DNA of 64,000 nucleotides, from the NCBI RefSeq assembly GCF_003704095.1, contig NW_020844976.1:124001-188000 (forward strand). The letters are read 5' to 3'. The notes under the pieces were generated by a model. The model saw only the letters and a list, made by a program, of their open reading frames with translations, did no database searches and was not told the origin of the DNA. The first letter of the stretch is position 1; every line of letters begins with the position of its first letter. The position numbers and the translations under genes were made by a program. The DNA is from Pocillopora damicornis (Eukaryota). Of this stretch, positions 1-29,700 are shown piece by piece.

Positions 1-1087
1 TTAATTTCTGAAAAAGAGAGCAGGCTTTGTCTAATTTCAAACTGATTATGAATAATTAATGAAACAAGCTTTTTATTGTCAATTGTTCATCATTTATTTA
101 TTGAGTTGTCTTTCAAATACTTCTAAACTGCATCTTTATTGGTGGGTTCATTATGTTCTATGAAATAATGCCCCTTACCTAAATCAAACATTTAAAGTAG
201 AGTTTACTGTTCACAGCTCATTTTACAGAGTACAGATTTGTATGGTTTAAACCTTCTTAAATATGCACAACTAATATTTTTTATTATTATTTTTTTTTTA
301 AGGAAGGTAGAGTTTATTTTCAGATATTTTTTCACCTCAAACATAAACCACAATACACTTGAACCTTTTAATTATTCATTACAAATGACTGTGATGTATC
401 AGATGTTCTAAATGTTACAAGCATTACACAACTCCATGGAAACAGTTTGTGTATTTACAAGATATATGTACAATGATGATAACCTGCTAAAAGAGTATAT
501 AAAGTGATCTGTTGTGGATGATTGTGAAGATTGATTACAAAAGTCCGTGCTGTAGAAATGATTCTTTTACAACTGTCAGAAAAAGAACTCCTAACAGAAT
601 TGATTAGGGATCAGCAAAAGGTAACTACAACTTGGAGTGTTTCACTTCAGATGGATGGATCTAAACACATCACTTTGAAATAGATAGAATTTTAGTTTTA
701 ACATAAGGTGATATTATTTTATGGCTCTCAATCATGTGTTGGCATTTCAGAAACCTTGCTGCAGCTGATGACTTGAAGCCTTTGCTTTGATGTTATTCAC
801 CCTCATATAAGTTGAGCTTACTGAGGGGATATAATTTTTATATGATTTATCAGAGTCTAACAAATTTATCTCTGTTATTTTAGGTTGATTACCATTGTTA
901 TCTGATATTGCTAACACTTTCTATGGGGGCCTTAATTTACCAGTCTATCCTGATCTCTCATAAGAAATATCATCTTACATGTTGTATACAAATTCTTTTG
1001 CAAGATTCTTCAGTTAAGTTATATTTTATAAGCAAAACTTATTATGATGGGCATTCCATTCAGCTGACAAGGTGTTTTGTTTCCTAG

Positions 1088-2983
1088 GAAATAAACCGCT
1101 TGAATGAGGAAAATTCAAAACTCAGAGATCGCATCAAAGTTTTGGAAGGAAAGGTGTGACTATTAAATCTGAAATAATCTTCCATCATTACAATGGTTTT
1201 TCATTTGGTATTACTTAAAACGCTTTTTAAACAAGATTGATCCCATTTTTGTCTGGTCTTCATAATTTGACAACTTGTAGTCAAAAGCAAAGCAGACCTT
1301 TATGAAAAACTGATCCATGTTTTTCGTTTGCCTTTTTGTTTAGGCAACAAGTGCTATTGGTGAAAAAAGTAAACTTCAAGCTGATCTGGAAAGTACCCAA
1401 GCAGCTTTGAAAGCAAAAGGCAATGTTAAGGTTTGTCCAGTACCTGACATATCTTTAAGATTCGGTCAAATTGTTGAATCATACTCATTTATTTTTTATC
1501 CCTTTAACTCCCAAGATCTGATTGGTAATTCTCCCCTCTAGCTGCTACACATTAAAACTAGTTACAATAATGTGGTGTTAGATGAAGGTAACAACCTATA
1601 CCTGATGAGTCTGAGTAATCTCATTACCTTTTTGTTGGATAATGTATTAATATTATAGAGAGAAGTTACATGTTAATACAGGTTAAAGGAGGAACCTTTA
1701 ATTACAAGTAGCAACTGAAAGCTTCTTTAATTTTCTGATTCTTCTTCTTTCACAGGGACATGGCAAAGAACTTGCTGACCTGGAGGAACAGATGGCTGCT
1801 ACTAAATTAGATCTGAAAATGGTAATGACAAACATGATGATGGGTTTTTATAGAAGTCCATATCAAACAATTTTGTTTTACGTAATTTTCCCTTTTATTA
1901 CAGACAAAAGAAAAGGGCTCTACTCATGCTGCGTCATTGCATGATGAGTTAACAAACACCAAGGTGAGATATTCAAATTTGTTACTTAAACACTTATGTG
2001 ATCATAAAAAAAAAAGTTACTTAAGAGTCAATCTTTTTAATCCTTTTGTTCAGTGCATTATCTTCTAGGTAGAAGTGTGTGCATACCCTGTCTTACTCCT
2101 TACCAATTTCCACATATTGGTGTTAAAATATGACTGAAACTAATTTAAAAAAGTAATTGCTTGTGATTCTAGAGTTAGCAATTTTGTATGGTAATTAGAT
2201 TTTAAAATGATATGCCTAAATGTTTCTGTTTTAATTTTTAATTTCTCCTCTTGTGTAGCATGAGATTCTAAGGCTTCAACATGATTTAGAAGAAGCACAA
2301 AAGGTAAATAATCTCTTGTACAGTACACAGGGAATCTGGTTTATGTCACTGCTATGTTTTTTAGTCTTTCTCTTTGCTGGAAGAATGTTGCCTTAAAACT
2401 TTTCTTGTTTTTTCAGGATCTTGCCAAGAAATTTAATGAAACAACTCAATACAAGAACATGAAGCAGATGTTGACCTCAAAGAATGACCAGATTAAAGAT
2501 TTACGTAGTCGCTTACGCAAGTGAGTTTATGTGACTCCTCTTGCTTTGCTGCAACATGTTGTTACAAGTAATTACTTAATACCAGTGGCTGCTTTCTAGA
2601 TAGTCTCAGTAACTTTATACTTCCAAGATAAATCTTTAAGCCTGATTTTAAGAGTTACAGTGAGGGTCTTAGTTCTAAAACCAGTTCATTTTAAGGTCAT
2701 AAGAATAATGGAAATGATCACCTACTCATGAAGCTCTCAATTGGTAAACAAATTCTCCTTGTCAGCACCTTGGGAAATGTACAGAGAACAGTATGGAGAA
2801 TCTGCAAACTGATGTTAGGGTATAAAGGGACAAGTTATAAAATTCCAGACACTCAGTGTTGCCTCTTTGCTGGTGTGCCCTACATGCATGTATCATCTTT
2901 CTTAGAATAATGAAGATTCAATTGACTTAACTAAGTACTTAGGCCATGCTTTGTCATTTTCCAGATATGAACCTGACACCTGA
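1088..2983 (+). CDS. LZTFL1: Leucine zipper transcription factor-like 1 (BBS17), 3' exons only; the gene begins upstream of the window
   Basis: GT-AG exons at ~1088-1153 (EINRLNEENSKLRDRIKVLEGK), ~1344-1430 (ATSAIGEKSKLQADL...), ~1756-1821, ~1904-1963, ~2259-2303 (HEILRLQHDLEEAQK), ~2417-2520 (DLAKKFNETTQYKNMKQMLTSKNDQIKDLRSRLRK) and 2965-2983 (YEPDT*). This matches my recollection of the LZTFL1 C-terminus (KKFQQTAAYRNMKEILTKKNDQIKDLRKRLAQYEPED). Confidence 0.92.
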
Positions 2984-3643
2984 AGAAATGCTTTGTGAAT
3001 TGTGGCATCCAAAGAGAAGTCAATGAACTTATTCCATGTAATTTTGAGCTAGCTTTGCTACAAACACTTACTACTGACTTAGGCTCAAACTGTTGTGTAG
3101 TGTTCTGGCTGAGAAAAGTTCACTGAATAATTACTGAAGTTCTTTAACGCTGTAGAAAGAAGTATTTCAAGTGATCTTGTATTGATTTTTTTAAAAGTTA
3201 ATGTAAGTTATATTACTAGCCAAAACATTATATACATGAAGAGATGTTTAAAGGAAAAAAAAAAAAATGAAAATGGCAATTGAATGAAGCAAGTCAAGGA
3301 AGTGCAAAGCAATTAACAATTAAATGTTTGTCTCTTTATTATTTATTACATGTAGGTGTTTTGTCCTGTTATGCGTCGAATAATAAACCAGGCATAGTCT
3401 TGTGCACATGGATTTTATTGCGAAAAGGTTGTGTTTTAAATATAAACAGCAGCTCTGCATACTCAAATGACACCACCTAAAGAAATGTGACAAGTTCAAT
3501 TTTTAACTTGCAAACTGCCTTGTAAATTTTACAGGTCTGGCAATTTATATTGATCACAAAGCTGTCACATAAAGCAGTACACAAGCATCCCCTCTCTGAT
3601 TTCCCATTTATTTACAAACTTCAATCCTACTCTAAATGCCTTT

Positions 3644-5443
3644 TCAGTGTTTTGGTCTTTGATACAACCATACACTGTCAATTCCTTCCTCAATCATATC
3701 TGTTGGTTTCCAGTTTGGTAATGGAAAGCGACAAGCTAATATTTGAGCATCATCCTTCATTTCTTCCTGGAATTTATCTTGGAGCTTTGGCATCTACATA
3801 TTTCCAAGTAGAAAGAAACAATTATTACACAAGTTCAAAAAATAAATATTGATAACGGCATTAATTAAGAGCCACCATTAGCCCTTGTGAGTAATCAAGG
3901 ATAGTTTAATATATTACTATGTGGTTCAACTTTCCCTTTCAATCAGAGTATTTCAAACACAACATAGTTTTTCCCTGTGTCTCAGGTTATGGCCATTAGA
4001 GATCTGATACAAACCTTTTAGGGCTAATATAATGTAAAATGAAAATAAGACTGTTTTAAAAATTGTTTAACCAGCATAACATTACCATCTCTGAGACTCC
4101 AAATATTAGAATAGTGTCAAATGTTGACAGGTTAACCTGTGAATAAATGGAAGAAAACCCAGTCAGGGTCCAGATGATAAAGAAAAATCTGGTATCCTGT
4201 GCTACAAGCTGTGAACTTTTGGTTACCATGGTGAGAAGCAAAAGTTGTCAGCAAAAAGACCTCCAACTAGAGTTACAATATAAACGACAGAAACATATAA
4301 ATTAAAACACCTTCCACAAGTCAGCTCTTGAAAATGTAGCTTTGTGATGAAGTCCCTGTAACCTGGCCTGTAATCTTGAGTACCAAACCAGCCAGTGGTT
4401 TAGTTCATAACCATGAGCTTGGTAACCTTGTCTAGCTGCAGCAATTACCTATCAATTAAATAAAAGGATCCAAAATTTACATAGAATGATTTTCAACTTG
4501 TATGTTGTATATTTCTGTTCCACCTTGTTAATTGCCAGAGCAAGCACAATAGGGGACCCAGAGGGACCGTCCAAGAGGTCTGGACTCTTTCCTCAATCTG
4601 ACCTGTGAGATTTTTTTTTTATTGCTTTTAGTTTGACATCAATACCATAAAAAAACTAGGATTACTTATGAACCCCTTAAAAACCCTTGGAGTGACCAGC
4701 ATCTAATTTCTCCTGACATAAATGCAGCTGAATCATTCATTAAGATCATAGAAATAAAGGAAATGATCACCAATCTAAGAAGCGAATATTGAAGCGATCT
4801 TCACTGTAATGAACTCTATTTAGCAGTTACTTTAGTAAAAATAAGGCCTTAAAAAAAAAATTCAGTATGGGATTTGACCTTGAAACCTCTGCAATACCTG
4901 TGCAGTGTGTTACCAGCTAGTCATTGTGTTGGTTCGTACTCTAAGAAGCATTGAATGTTAAATGAATTCTCCTTGTTAGATGAGGAGTAAGGAGAAAATG
5001 GATACTGATGTTAAGGTGAAAAGGGCGAATACTCATCCGGCTATTTTTTTTCCGGTACACAACTGTTAATGAGGGGAGATGGGGGCAGGTGTGGGTTGGT
5101 GCTTAAAGTAATGTTAGCCCCTCCCCATCAAACATTCCTGGGTGACATTGAAAATGATACAAACCACTCTCCCGTCCCCACTCCCCAAGTCCACCAATGT
5201 TGATCCGTTATGCTTGGAAGCTTGTCCTATTCGTAATATGTTAGCAATTTGTCTCTCTGTGGCCGGTACGTATGGAAGACAAATTTTTCGTAAAGCTGGC
5301 GTTACAAATGGCGTGGTCACCAGAACAATTCCAACAGCTGCAGCGCCTGTAATTCCGAGGACTACTTTGCCTAGTTTAGATTTAGTTTTGGGATTTCTTG
5401 CGTCCTCTTGTAACTCGAATCCCAGCTGATTCTCAGGGCTCAT
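3644..5443 (-). CDS. FAM173B: FAM173-family mitochondrial protein-lysine methyltransferase (ATPSCKMT/ANTKMT-like), 4 exons
   Basis: Exons 5443-5165 (N-terminal TM segment, [17 protein letters not shown] motif [10 protein letters not shown]), 4448-4311 ([25 protein letters not shown]...DLWK), 4136-4086 ([17 protein letters not shown]) and 3793-3644 (MPKLQDKF...[11 protein letters not shown]...VWLY...*). An alternative in-frame ATG lies at 5515. FAM173A versus FAM173B orthology cannot be resolved by eye. Confidence 0.9.
4790..4925 (-). mobile_element. Degenerate SINE-like insertion nested in a MITE-like repeat
   Basis: gaagcgatcttcactgtaatgaactctattt...aataaggcc-polyA...gggatttga...ctctgcaatacctgtgcagtg interrupts the 4672-5025 repeat. 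A related fragment lies at ~54150-54225. Confidence 0.45.
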
Positions 5444-20675
<15,232 letters not shown>

Positions 20676-21362
20676 CATATTGACCGTTCCTGACAAACCG
20701 ATAAATTTCGACCGGTTCATTTTTCACTGAGCTTCGAAGTAATCCGAAGTTGCTTTTATTTGTTTTACTTCGCTTCATAGTTGGTCCAGAAAACTTGCAC
20801 GACTTTCTCAACTAATCAGACTCAAGACTGAAACCAATCGTGACTTAGAGACCTCCGTTTTCCGCACTATGAGCAGTTTGTTTTTATATTGAATTCTTAT
20901 TGGCTTGTTGTGATATATTCCTTCTCTCTGATCGGCTGTTTTGATTATTTTTGGTTTGTTTTACGACAGTCAATCCAAATGTGCTCTATGAGGGTGGGGG
21001 TGGGGAGTGTGAGTTAACATCAGTTTGGCCAGACGTCGAAAATCACACTTTGAACTTTGACAAATGGAACAACGCTTTCAGGATTCAACTGGACGTCCTA
21101 AAATTTTGCCAAAAATTTAGGCTCTAAAACAAAGGAAAAATTTTTGTAATACATAATTTAATTGCTAGCAAATTTGTGGCAAAATTACCTCTGTTTAAAA
21201 CACAAGGGTAAAAAGAAATCATTCTATTGAAATTAAATTAATAGCACATCAATTTTGGAGCTGAATATGCGTAACAGTACTTAGGCTTTACTGTGATCAA
21301 AATTTATTGTGTACTACAGTACTGATTGTCAGAATTTAAATTGCCAAATTAGTTTATTAGAA

Positions 21363-24300
21363 TTATTTTTGAAGGTGACATTCTATGATTCCATCATGCT
21401 CAAGAGTAGAAATCTCCTTGTTACTGTATTCAAGAAGATTTGTTAAAATTTCATGTGTATGTTGTCCTAACAAAGGAGGTGCCCTAGGGAGCCCCTGACA
21501 GGTTTGTCCGTTGTACTCCACAGCGGGTCCTGAAAGCAAAATAAAATAAAAAAACACACACTCATAAAAAATTATAAGAAAATTATAATAATTATTCGTC
21601 AAGAATATCAGCCAAATCTATTGAGCCGTTGTCACTCCATGACACTCTAAAGAGCTTGTTACTTGAGTGGTTAGGCAATAGTTTTTGGAGCACTGTGTAG
21701 TCACCCAAATAACCTCTGACTATAAAAATAAAATACTGAAAAAGCTTAGTAACCTGGTATCCGAATCTTTCCTGCCGTGGGATGTTCTAACTCTTGCACC
21801 ATTTTTTTGTATTTCACCTGAAAAAAATATACGTTTGACATGGTCACTTCCTCCAACTGAGTATTACACGCTTTTTACAGTTATTAAGAACCTTGCATAC
21901 CATTTCTTTACTGTACCTGTGGATCTTCAAACACTGCTTTTATATTATTAATTGGTCCGCAAGGAATGCCAGATCCTTCAAACGCCTTGGCCCATTCCTT
22001 TGTTCCTCGTTGCTGAAAACTTAACACAAACAAGTAACGTTGAATAATATCCTAAATTCCAATTGAGTGAAGGAGATAATACAGTTACTTCCTGTCATTG
22101 AATGACAACAGGATTGGTCTAGAAAATGCAAGACCTTTTCAACCAATCAGATGTAAAACCAATCGTGAATTGTTCACTTGCGTTTTCATGCATTAAATTA
22201 AGGGCAGTTAACTTGTATTGAGACTCAGAGTTTCCATTTCTTTATGGTGTTATTTAATGATACTTAATGGAAGAGCACTTGCCAGTTGTATGACAACAAC
22301 AGAACAATGTCAGTATCTGAGCAACTGCACACCCACCCTCCTCTAACCCATTATCAACCCTAACTTGATATCAGTCGACTGTTATTTGGTTAGGGGAGGG
22401 GTAGGTGCCAACAGATACCGACATTGATCAACGACAACTATTTAGTTAACAGAGGTCAGTAAGATCTTGGGCTCCAAACACAAGAATTTCCTCTTCCACA
22501 CCCTCCCCCTTAGGTCTGGCTATCACAACAAACTTACCATTCTTTTAGCAAGGGAAGCAACTTGTGACGATTTTCGACTCGGGCTGCATTTGTAGCATAT
22601 AATGGGTCATCAGCCAAGTTGTCTAAACCTAATAACTAAATCACCAAAAATGGAATCAGGAATTTTTTGAAATACCAATACAGATTAACACAGATTTTTC
22701 TGTTAGGAAGCATCTACATTTTTTAAAAAAGAATTTGCCACGAGTGTTTCTTTTTTAAGAGATAAATATCATTAGTCGTTAAAAAAGGTGAAAGCAAAAC
22801 ATTTAAATAGACAAACAAAACATTCAGCTTACTTTGCAAAGTTTCCTAAACAATCCATCATTTCCAGCTCCTACAAGGAAGTGTCCATCACAAGTTTTGA
22901 AAGCCTCAAGAGAATAAGGGAAGGTCAGTATTAATTAATTGGAGAAAAGCTAATAAAGTCAGGACATGAGAGAAGAGGCCGATACTCCTCACCCAACCCT
23001 ACAAGTGCCTCTATTCTCACTCTTGATACTGATCAAAGTTATTGCAGCTGCAGTTATAGACTTAAATGTCTCATCTTAAAAGCTAACATAATGCATATAT
23101 CATGAGCCTTTGCTACCTTCTATAATGGCATGAAAAATAACTCTCTGCAAGTGATGCATATTTATTTTCTTACCTGGTATGGGACAATACTGTGGTGGGC
23201 AGTCCCATAGCGTCCAGTCTCAAACCCAGCATTGAGGTAACTTGTCCCAACATGGCTAAGCATGGCTATCTACATCATGGGCAGAAATAAGATAAAGATA
23301 CTGTCAGTCACATAGATTTACAAAACACAATTTTATCACTTGTCACTGTGTACCTGTGATGCCAGCAAGGAGCAATCTATTTTTTGTCCCAGTCCAGTTG
23401 TTTGTTTCTGTAGAAGTGCAGCCATTATGGCTCCATGTGCATACAGTCCTGTAGTTATGTCTGTTACTGCAATGCCAACCTTACAAGGATCACTGTCCTA
23501 AAAGGAGAGTAAAAGTAAGGAAATTTTAAGCCATGTTTGCCAATGATGTTTAGTTGCCAATTTTTGCAAATAAAGAAAGAAAATAGTTATAATGCATTTA
23601 GTCTGAAGCATGAAGGCTGCAACACACTCAGGAAAAAGTCACAGTAACATGTATCTCCTAAAAAAACACTCCATACAAGACACAGTGACATGTTCCAGCC
23701 ATGGTCAATTTGTGTGGAAAAGGAAATTTTATTGTTCTGTTCTGATGATTTTCACTGAATCTTCCTTCTTCACATGAGATGACTCTGTGCTAAAATTTGA
23801 CTTAAAACTGGCACAGTGACTTTTTTCACAGCATGTCTCTGCCTTGAGTTTCACATGACCAGCTTTAGGGTGTTCAAGGTACCTCAGGGCCCGTTATGTG
23901 CATCAGTCCCCCAATACCTGACACCATGACGTCATATCCTGGCCTCTGATCATAAGGTCCCCCACGACCAAATCCTGTTATTGAACAATATATCAAGGAA
24001 GGTACTGATGTCTTCAGCTGATCATATCCTAAACCCACTTTGTCCAGTTTTCCAGGTAAGTAATTTTCTACCAGAACATCGCACTTTGAAGCAAGCTGTC
24101 AAGTAAATAAGATTTAATGTTATATTTTTTCAAACAGATAGCAGAGAGCATAACATGCTGGATAGTCAATTAATGAAAATCCTCCTCACATGCATAAGAT
24201 TTATGTACACTTAGGTGAGAGACAAAAAAGTTTGAAATAACACAAAAGGTGATTTCTGGAACCACTGGAAGACTGGAAGACCCTGTAAGCCCCTGAGCCT

Positions 24301-25930
24301 GACTCTTTGTCAACAGAGATTATTAAAAAAGTAAGTAAGGTGTAAGCAGCAAGGGTCTGGGTAGGAGTAACAAAAGTTTGCCAGTCTCCTTAGTCTCTCT
24401 CCTTCATTTTCTCACTCACTCCACTTTTTCTTTCATCCTTAGAAACTGATTGCCCACAAAAGGCTAAGCAAAGAAAAATAATCGCCCTCAAAATGCTCAC
24501 GGCATCTGTCGACAAGATGAGAAAGAACTTTAAATGTACACAGTCAGATTAAATGTTACTAAGCCTGAATCTGCATTAATTACCAGTCAATTTACTGAGT
24601 GACTGTATGCAGTTGAGTCTCTCTTTGTGTACCTTTCTGACAATTTCTGTACCTTTGGGATCCTTGATGTTTACAGCAATGCTCTGGAAGTTTAAATAAG
24701 AAAAAAGTGTTGCAATTTAGGAAGGCAAGTGCAAGAATCATTAAGTTTTCTTTTTTAATGCCCAATAGACCTGCACTATCATATCTTGGGTTGAGTGATG
24801 TGGGTTGCTTGAATACATCCCTTAGTGGCAGTCATTAATGAACAAGATAAGATTAGTCTTTGACCTAATGAAGTAATGTGAATAGAAAAAAAATTATTTC
24901 AAGTTCAGAAATAGCCCCATTCCTGATTTATTGTCTTTTTTATAGAAATAAGAAGTGAGATAGCTTGCAAATACCTTCTTGTTTCTGTTTATAGAGAGGA
25001 AATATGTGCTTTCATTCTCACAAAATGGAGGAGCCCATGATCTTGTGTCATCTCCAGACTCTAAAATAGAAACACAGCAATGTTAAAAAAAAAATAAATA
25101 CATCCAGCTAAAGTATGACTGCAATGTGGGCTTGACAACCATACACATTCAAACACATGTATTCTTGTAGAAATGCAATATTGTTCTACCATCACAGTAT
25201 TGCTTTGAACTTTCTCAATAAACCTTATATCAATTAATTCAAAAGTTGACATAAAAATAACAAAAACAATTGAAGACGCTATGTTTAGATTTATGAAACT
25301 ATTCCAAATAAACAAGGGAATGGCTCTTTGGAGTGTTACCCCCCTCCTCTTAAAAAAATTTTTTTAAAAAAATAGAAATTTCCAGAGGGGGAAGAGTGGG
25401 GGGGAAGGGGCAGACAACAATTGATCATCTTTTTCCTCAGTGTGTACTCTGTGAGAATTATATGCAGCATCCTTGCAAGATTTTGGAGTTTCCTTGCTTC
25501 ATTCTCTATGTTATGGCAAGAACCAAATAATTGTTTTATAAATTTCATAAATCCTGGAACGTTTAAATGCAACAGTTGGTTCATTGCATTTCTACAGAAG
25601 GAGACTCTAAATATAAGCTGATAACTGGAGTTCAGTGAACCAACCACCAATCAGAATACTAGAAATGCAATATTCAGAGTTATAAATTTGATAAATGATA
25701 TTACCTGGTTTTTCAATTTTTATTATTTCTGCTCCTAAATCTCCCAGAAGCATTGTCGTAAAAGGACCTGCAAGAATCCTTACCAAAAATAAACAATCAC
25801 TTTCTTCAAATTTTCTCAATGTCCATATTTATATGCCAATCAAGGTAAAAGAACCATATCTTAGAGTCTATAAGTGAATGAAATACCTTGTCATATCTAA
25901 AACTCTTACTCCTGATAGTGGACCCCTCAT
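21363..25930 (-). CDS. SUGCT: Succinate-hydroxymethylglutarate CoA-transferase (CaiB/BaiF CoA-transferase family III)
   Basis: Exons read [15 protein letters not shown] | [25 protein letters not shown] | [10 protein letters not shown]...[10 protein letters not shown] | ...[10 protein letters not shown]...[19 protein letters not shown] (family catalytic Asp) | ...GIPCGPINN...[12 protein letters not shown]...*. The true 5' end may lie further upstream (a donor-like site is near 26572). Confidence 0.9.
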
Positions 25931-26573
25931 TATTGATCTTCTTTCTGTGTTAAAAGGACATATGAGGAGGCCTAGGGATTACTGCACCAGACTCTACAGA
26001 AAAATTTCCAGGTTTTTAATAAATAATGGTTGATACTGGCTTATTAGATAACAATGACAATATTGTCAGTGCATGTATTGTCATTGCATGTATTGACTGA
26101 GTTCATTGTCAATATAATTACAACAATTACGATTTTCGTCATGTGCTGACAAGGGATCCAGAAACACATCCAGACAAAATTGCAGTAACTCAAGCATGTT
26201 TTTATTTTTTCCTATGCGTGTGCATGTAATTACTATATATGGTAAATGCACAGAGAAACCATTATGATAACAATAATAATAATAATGATAATGATGATGA
26301 TTACAATGATTGATGATTGGTAACAGTGAGGATAAGTGAACAATTGAAAGATAGATATATAGGCTATGATGGCCATAAATTGACTAGCCACAAATTTAAC
26401 TTAACCGGTGTCATTTTCTCCTCTGTTTATGCCATATTTTTGCAACAGGCATGCAAAACTTTGAATAAAATCTATTTAAAATCATTGCTAATCTACGACT
26501 TGTCTCTCAAGAATATAGCACCCTCTTTTATGGCATGATTAAGATATCTATGAAGTCAGTAAATATAGCTTAC

Positions 26574-26783
26574 CAGCTTGTACTACTCTTCTGCAGACAC
26601 GTCAATCAGCTGATCGACATGAGGAAATGATATAATTTAAAAGTAGTCATAGTTAAGACTCCATCAGCTGAGCGATAATAACAAAGTCTGTCGTGTAATT
26701 GTACTGTATTGCATCGAATATTTCATATATTTTTATTTGAATATCCGCTGACTTACAACCTCGTATTGCATTCTGAAAACAAA
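26574..26783. promoter_or_regulatory. Probable bidirectional promoter SUGCT/MOB4
   Basis: Head-to-head arrangement, locally CpG-richer, with two TCAGCTGA motifs (~26606 and ~26664). Confidence 0.5.
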
Positions 26784-29700
26784 ATGGCGACAGTAGATGT
26801 AATAACAACAATCATAAGAAGAAATAGGCCGGGAACCAAGGCTGCTGTAAGTTTTCGTATTATTTTTACTGATTAAAATAACTCAGATGACTCTATTTGC
26901 TTTGTTTCTTTTTTTCACCGAAGGGTTTTGAATTGCGAGTATACACAATATTAGATACACGAGACATGTAGTGACACGAGTTCTTTTGAAAAAAAACTTC
27001 TCTTTTTCAGTACTTCGGTGAATGATCATTTATTTTAGTAAGATTTACAGGCTAAGTTGAGCAAACTACTTTCGTTCCTAATTTGCATAGTGTGGTTGCG
27101 TCGCTTACCTTTTCATTTTGTCAATGGTTTTTGCCAAGGAGCTGCGTAGAGCTTCAATGGGCTACATGTTCTGTATATATCTGACCTAGCATCTGCGTTT
27201 TAATCCCAGGACATGTATGGCTGGCCTGATGAACCATTTGAAGAGATGGATAGTACGTTAGCAGTCCAGCAGGTACTGAAACATGGAAAGATGAGAAGCT
27301 GGATATCCCTATTCTTTGGGCCATAACTTTTGTAATATATAACATTTTATAACATATTTTATCAGAAAAGAGGCAAACCATCAATGAGTTGTGGAGGCAG
27401 TGTGGCCAATTAATTAGGGAGCCAAACTTGTTATCTGATGACATTTTAGTCCTCCACATTGATACCCATAAGCTGGCCCCTTGTATTTAAGTGACCTGTG
27501 TTTCTTTCCTGTGTGGACCACAATGAAAACTACTAAGTCATTAGTAATTTTTTCACCTCTTCCCCCCTAAAATCAGTATTGTATTCATCATAGTGAGAGT
27601 GGGGAAAATTCAAAATACCCATACAAAGAAAAGATGCCTATAGGAATAACTCCCGTAAAACAGAACTGAAAGAAATACTCTGGTACACCAAGAAAAAGAA
27701 TCCTAATACACTATGGGAAAAAAGCCGTCCCTTCCTTCCTTATCCTGCTATAAGGGACTATAAGAGAAACAGGCATTTTTTTTACCCTTTACACCCTAAC
27801 ATTAGTGTGCATGTTCTCCATAGTGTTTTCTATACCCTTCCTAATCAGTTGACAAGGAGAATTTGTTTAACCATCAAGAGCTTCTTTAGTTGTCTTGATA
27901 ATTTCCTTTATTCTTGTGACCTTAATAGGTGATTCAGGGATGATACTGTAAAGAGAAATTAGATGCTGGTCACTCTTAGGGTCAAGGGTTAAGTTGTTGA
28001 GAGGATTATGTTTAACTATCCTTTTATTACTGTGCTTAGTATATTCAGCAACAGATCCGAGCAGATTACACAAATATAGAAGCAATTCTAGAGTCCCCTG
28101 AGGGACAAGATGAAGGAGTGTGGAAATATGAACATCTGAGGCAGTTTTGTATGGAACTCAATGGATTGGCTGTCAGACTTCAGGTAACTTCAGCACTGGA
28201 GAATTAAATTCTCCTCAAATGATGAGTACAATATCAGGCCTATGAATTATGAGAGTCAAAGAGAAAGTATCAATGCTAAAAAGCTTTCTAAATTTGTAAA
28301 AATAAATTGAAATTCCCTATACCATTTTAATACAAAATGTTAATAAAGACCAGACAAGTTGAGATCATTTGTTTGTCAATGGTTTACTTGACATAGCCAT
28401 AATGAACTGTTCAAATGGACCAGGAGACAATTATCACCCAAAGAGTAAAACAGCTAAAAAAAAATAAAAGATATTTTCAAGCAAATCTGCAAAGCAAAAT
28501 GTTTGCTGACCTTTTTCACTGACTGTTGTTTACTTTAGTCCGACTGTACTCCTTCAACCTGCACACAAATGACTGCCACAGAGCAGTGGATATTCTTATG
28601 TGCTGCACACAAAACCCCCAGAGAGGTGAGACATTCTTAAAAGCTATTGAGGTTGTTGTTATTTTTTTTGTGATTGGTTCTCTTGATTTCCTGAGGAAAC
28701 TGGAATAGTCGGATAAGAACATCCACATTGTTACAAAAGATCCTGATAATGTAATCATTCATTGATTCATGGATTGACAGACTAACTGATTGATTGATTG
28801 ATTGGAAGATTGACTGACAGATTGATTGATTGACTGATTGACTCACTGACAGATTGAATGACTGATGCATTGATTGATTGACTCACTCGCTGACTCACTT
28901 AATGATTGCTTGATTGATTTTATTTGTTGATTTAAAACTGCGTTCTCCTCAACAGTGTCCAGCTATTGATTACACACGGCATACTCTGGATGGTGCAGCA
29001 TCTTTGCTGAACAGCAACAAGTACTTTCCAAGCAGGTATTGTCATTTTTTTCTCTCTTTTAATTATCATGCTTGTACACCAGTGGAACAAGAGAGAGGTC
29101 TTCAATCTGTTTTTGCACAGACAAAGTCTCATTTTTGGAGCTCTGTTTCTCTTACATGCAGCATCTGCCAAGCTGACAACTGTAAGCAAGCTAGTCAGGA
29201 AGCTACTCTTCATTTTTCTCTAATGGCATGTTTCGCTGTTATTTTTGCTTTTTTATTCTCCCATCACAAATGTACAAAGAGCTCTATTTACTGATTTGTT
29301 GTGCTGTTGATTGGGAGGTACTGTGGCCTAATGGATTCAAGATGGGACCCTTAGTTCAGAGTTGTGGGTTCAGGTTCAAGTTCAGGGCTGGTCTTTGTGC
29401 TGTGTTCTTGGGCAAGATACTTTACTTTGATAGTACCTACTTCTATCTAGGAGTAAATATGAGTACTGGTGACATGTCAGTGAAATTTGATGAGATGCTT
29501 AAGTGGGGAAGGGGATAGCAGTCCATCCTGAAGCAGACATTACCTCCTGTTGCCCATAATGAAGCAGCATCCCATCCCATTTTCTCTTTCCAGAGTGAGC
29601 ATCAAGGAATCTTCTGTGGCTAAACTGGGATCAGTTTGTCGTCGTGTCTACCGAATATTTTCACATGCTTACTTTCACCATAGGAGTATTTATGATGAGT

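Noticed and set aside
400-685. Exon-like segments (MILLQLSEKELLTELIRDQQK|GT; MDGSKHITLK*) upstream of the first clear LZTFL1 exon
   Set aside because: They do not match the expected LZTFL1 sequence and have nearby stops. I cannot tell a fragment from chance.
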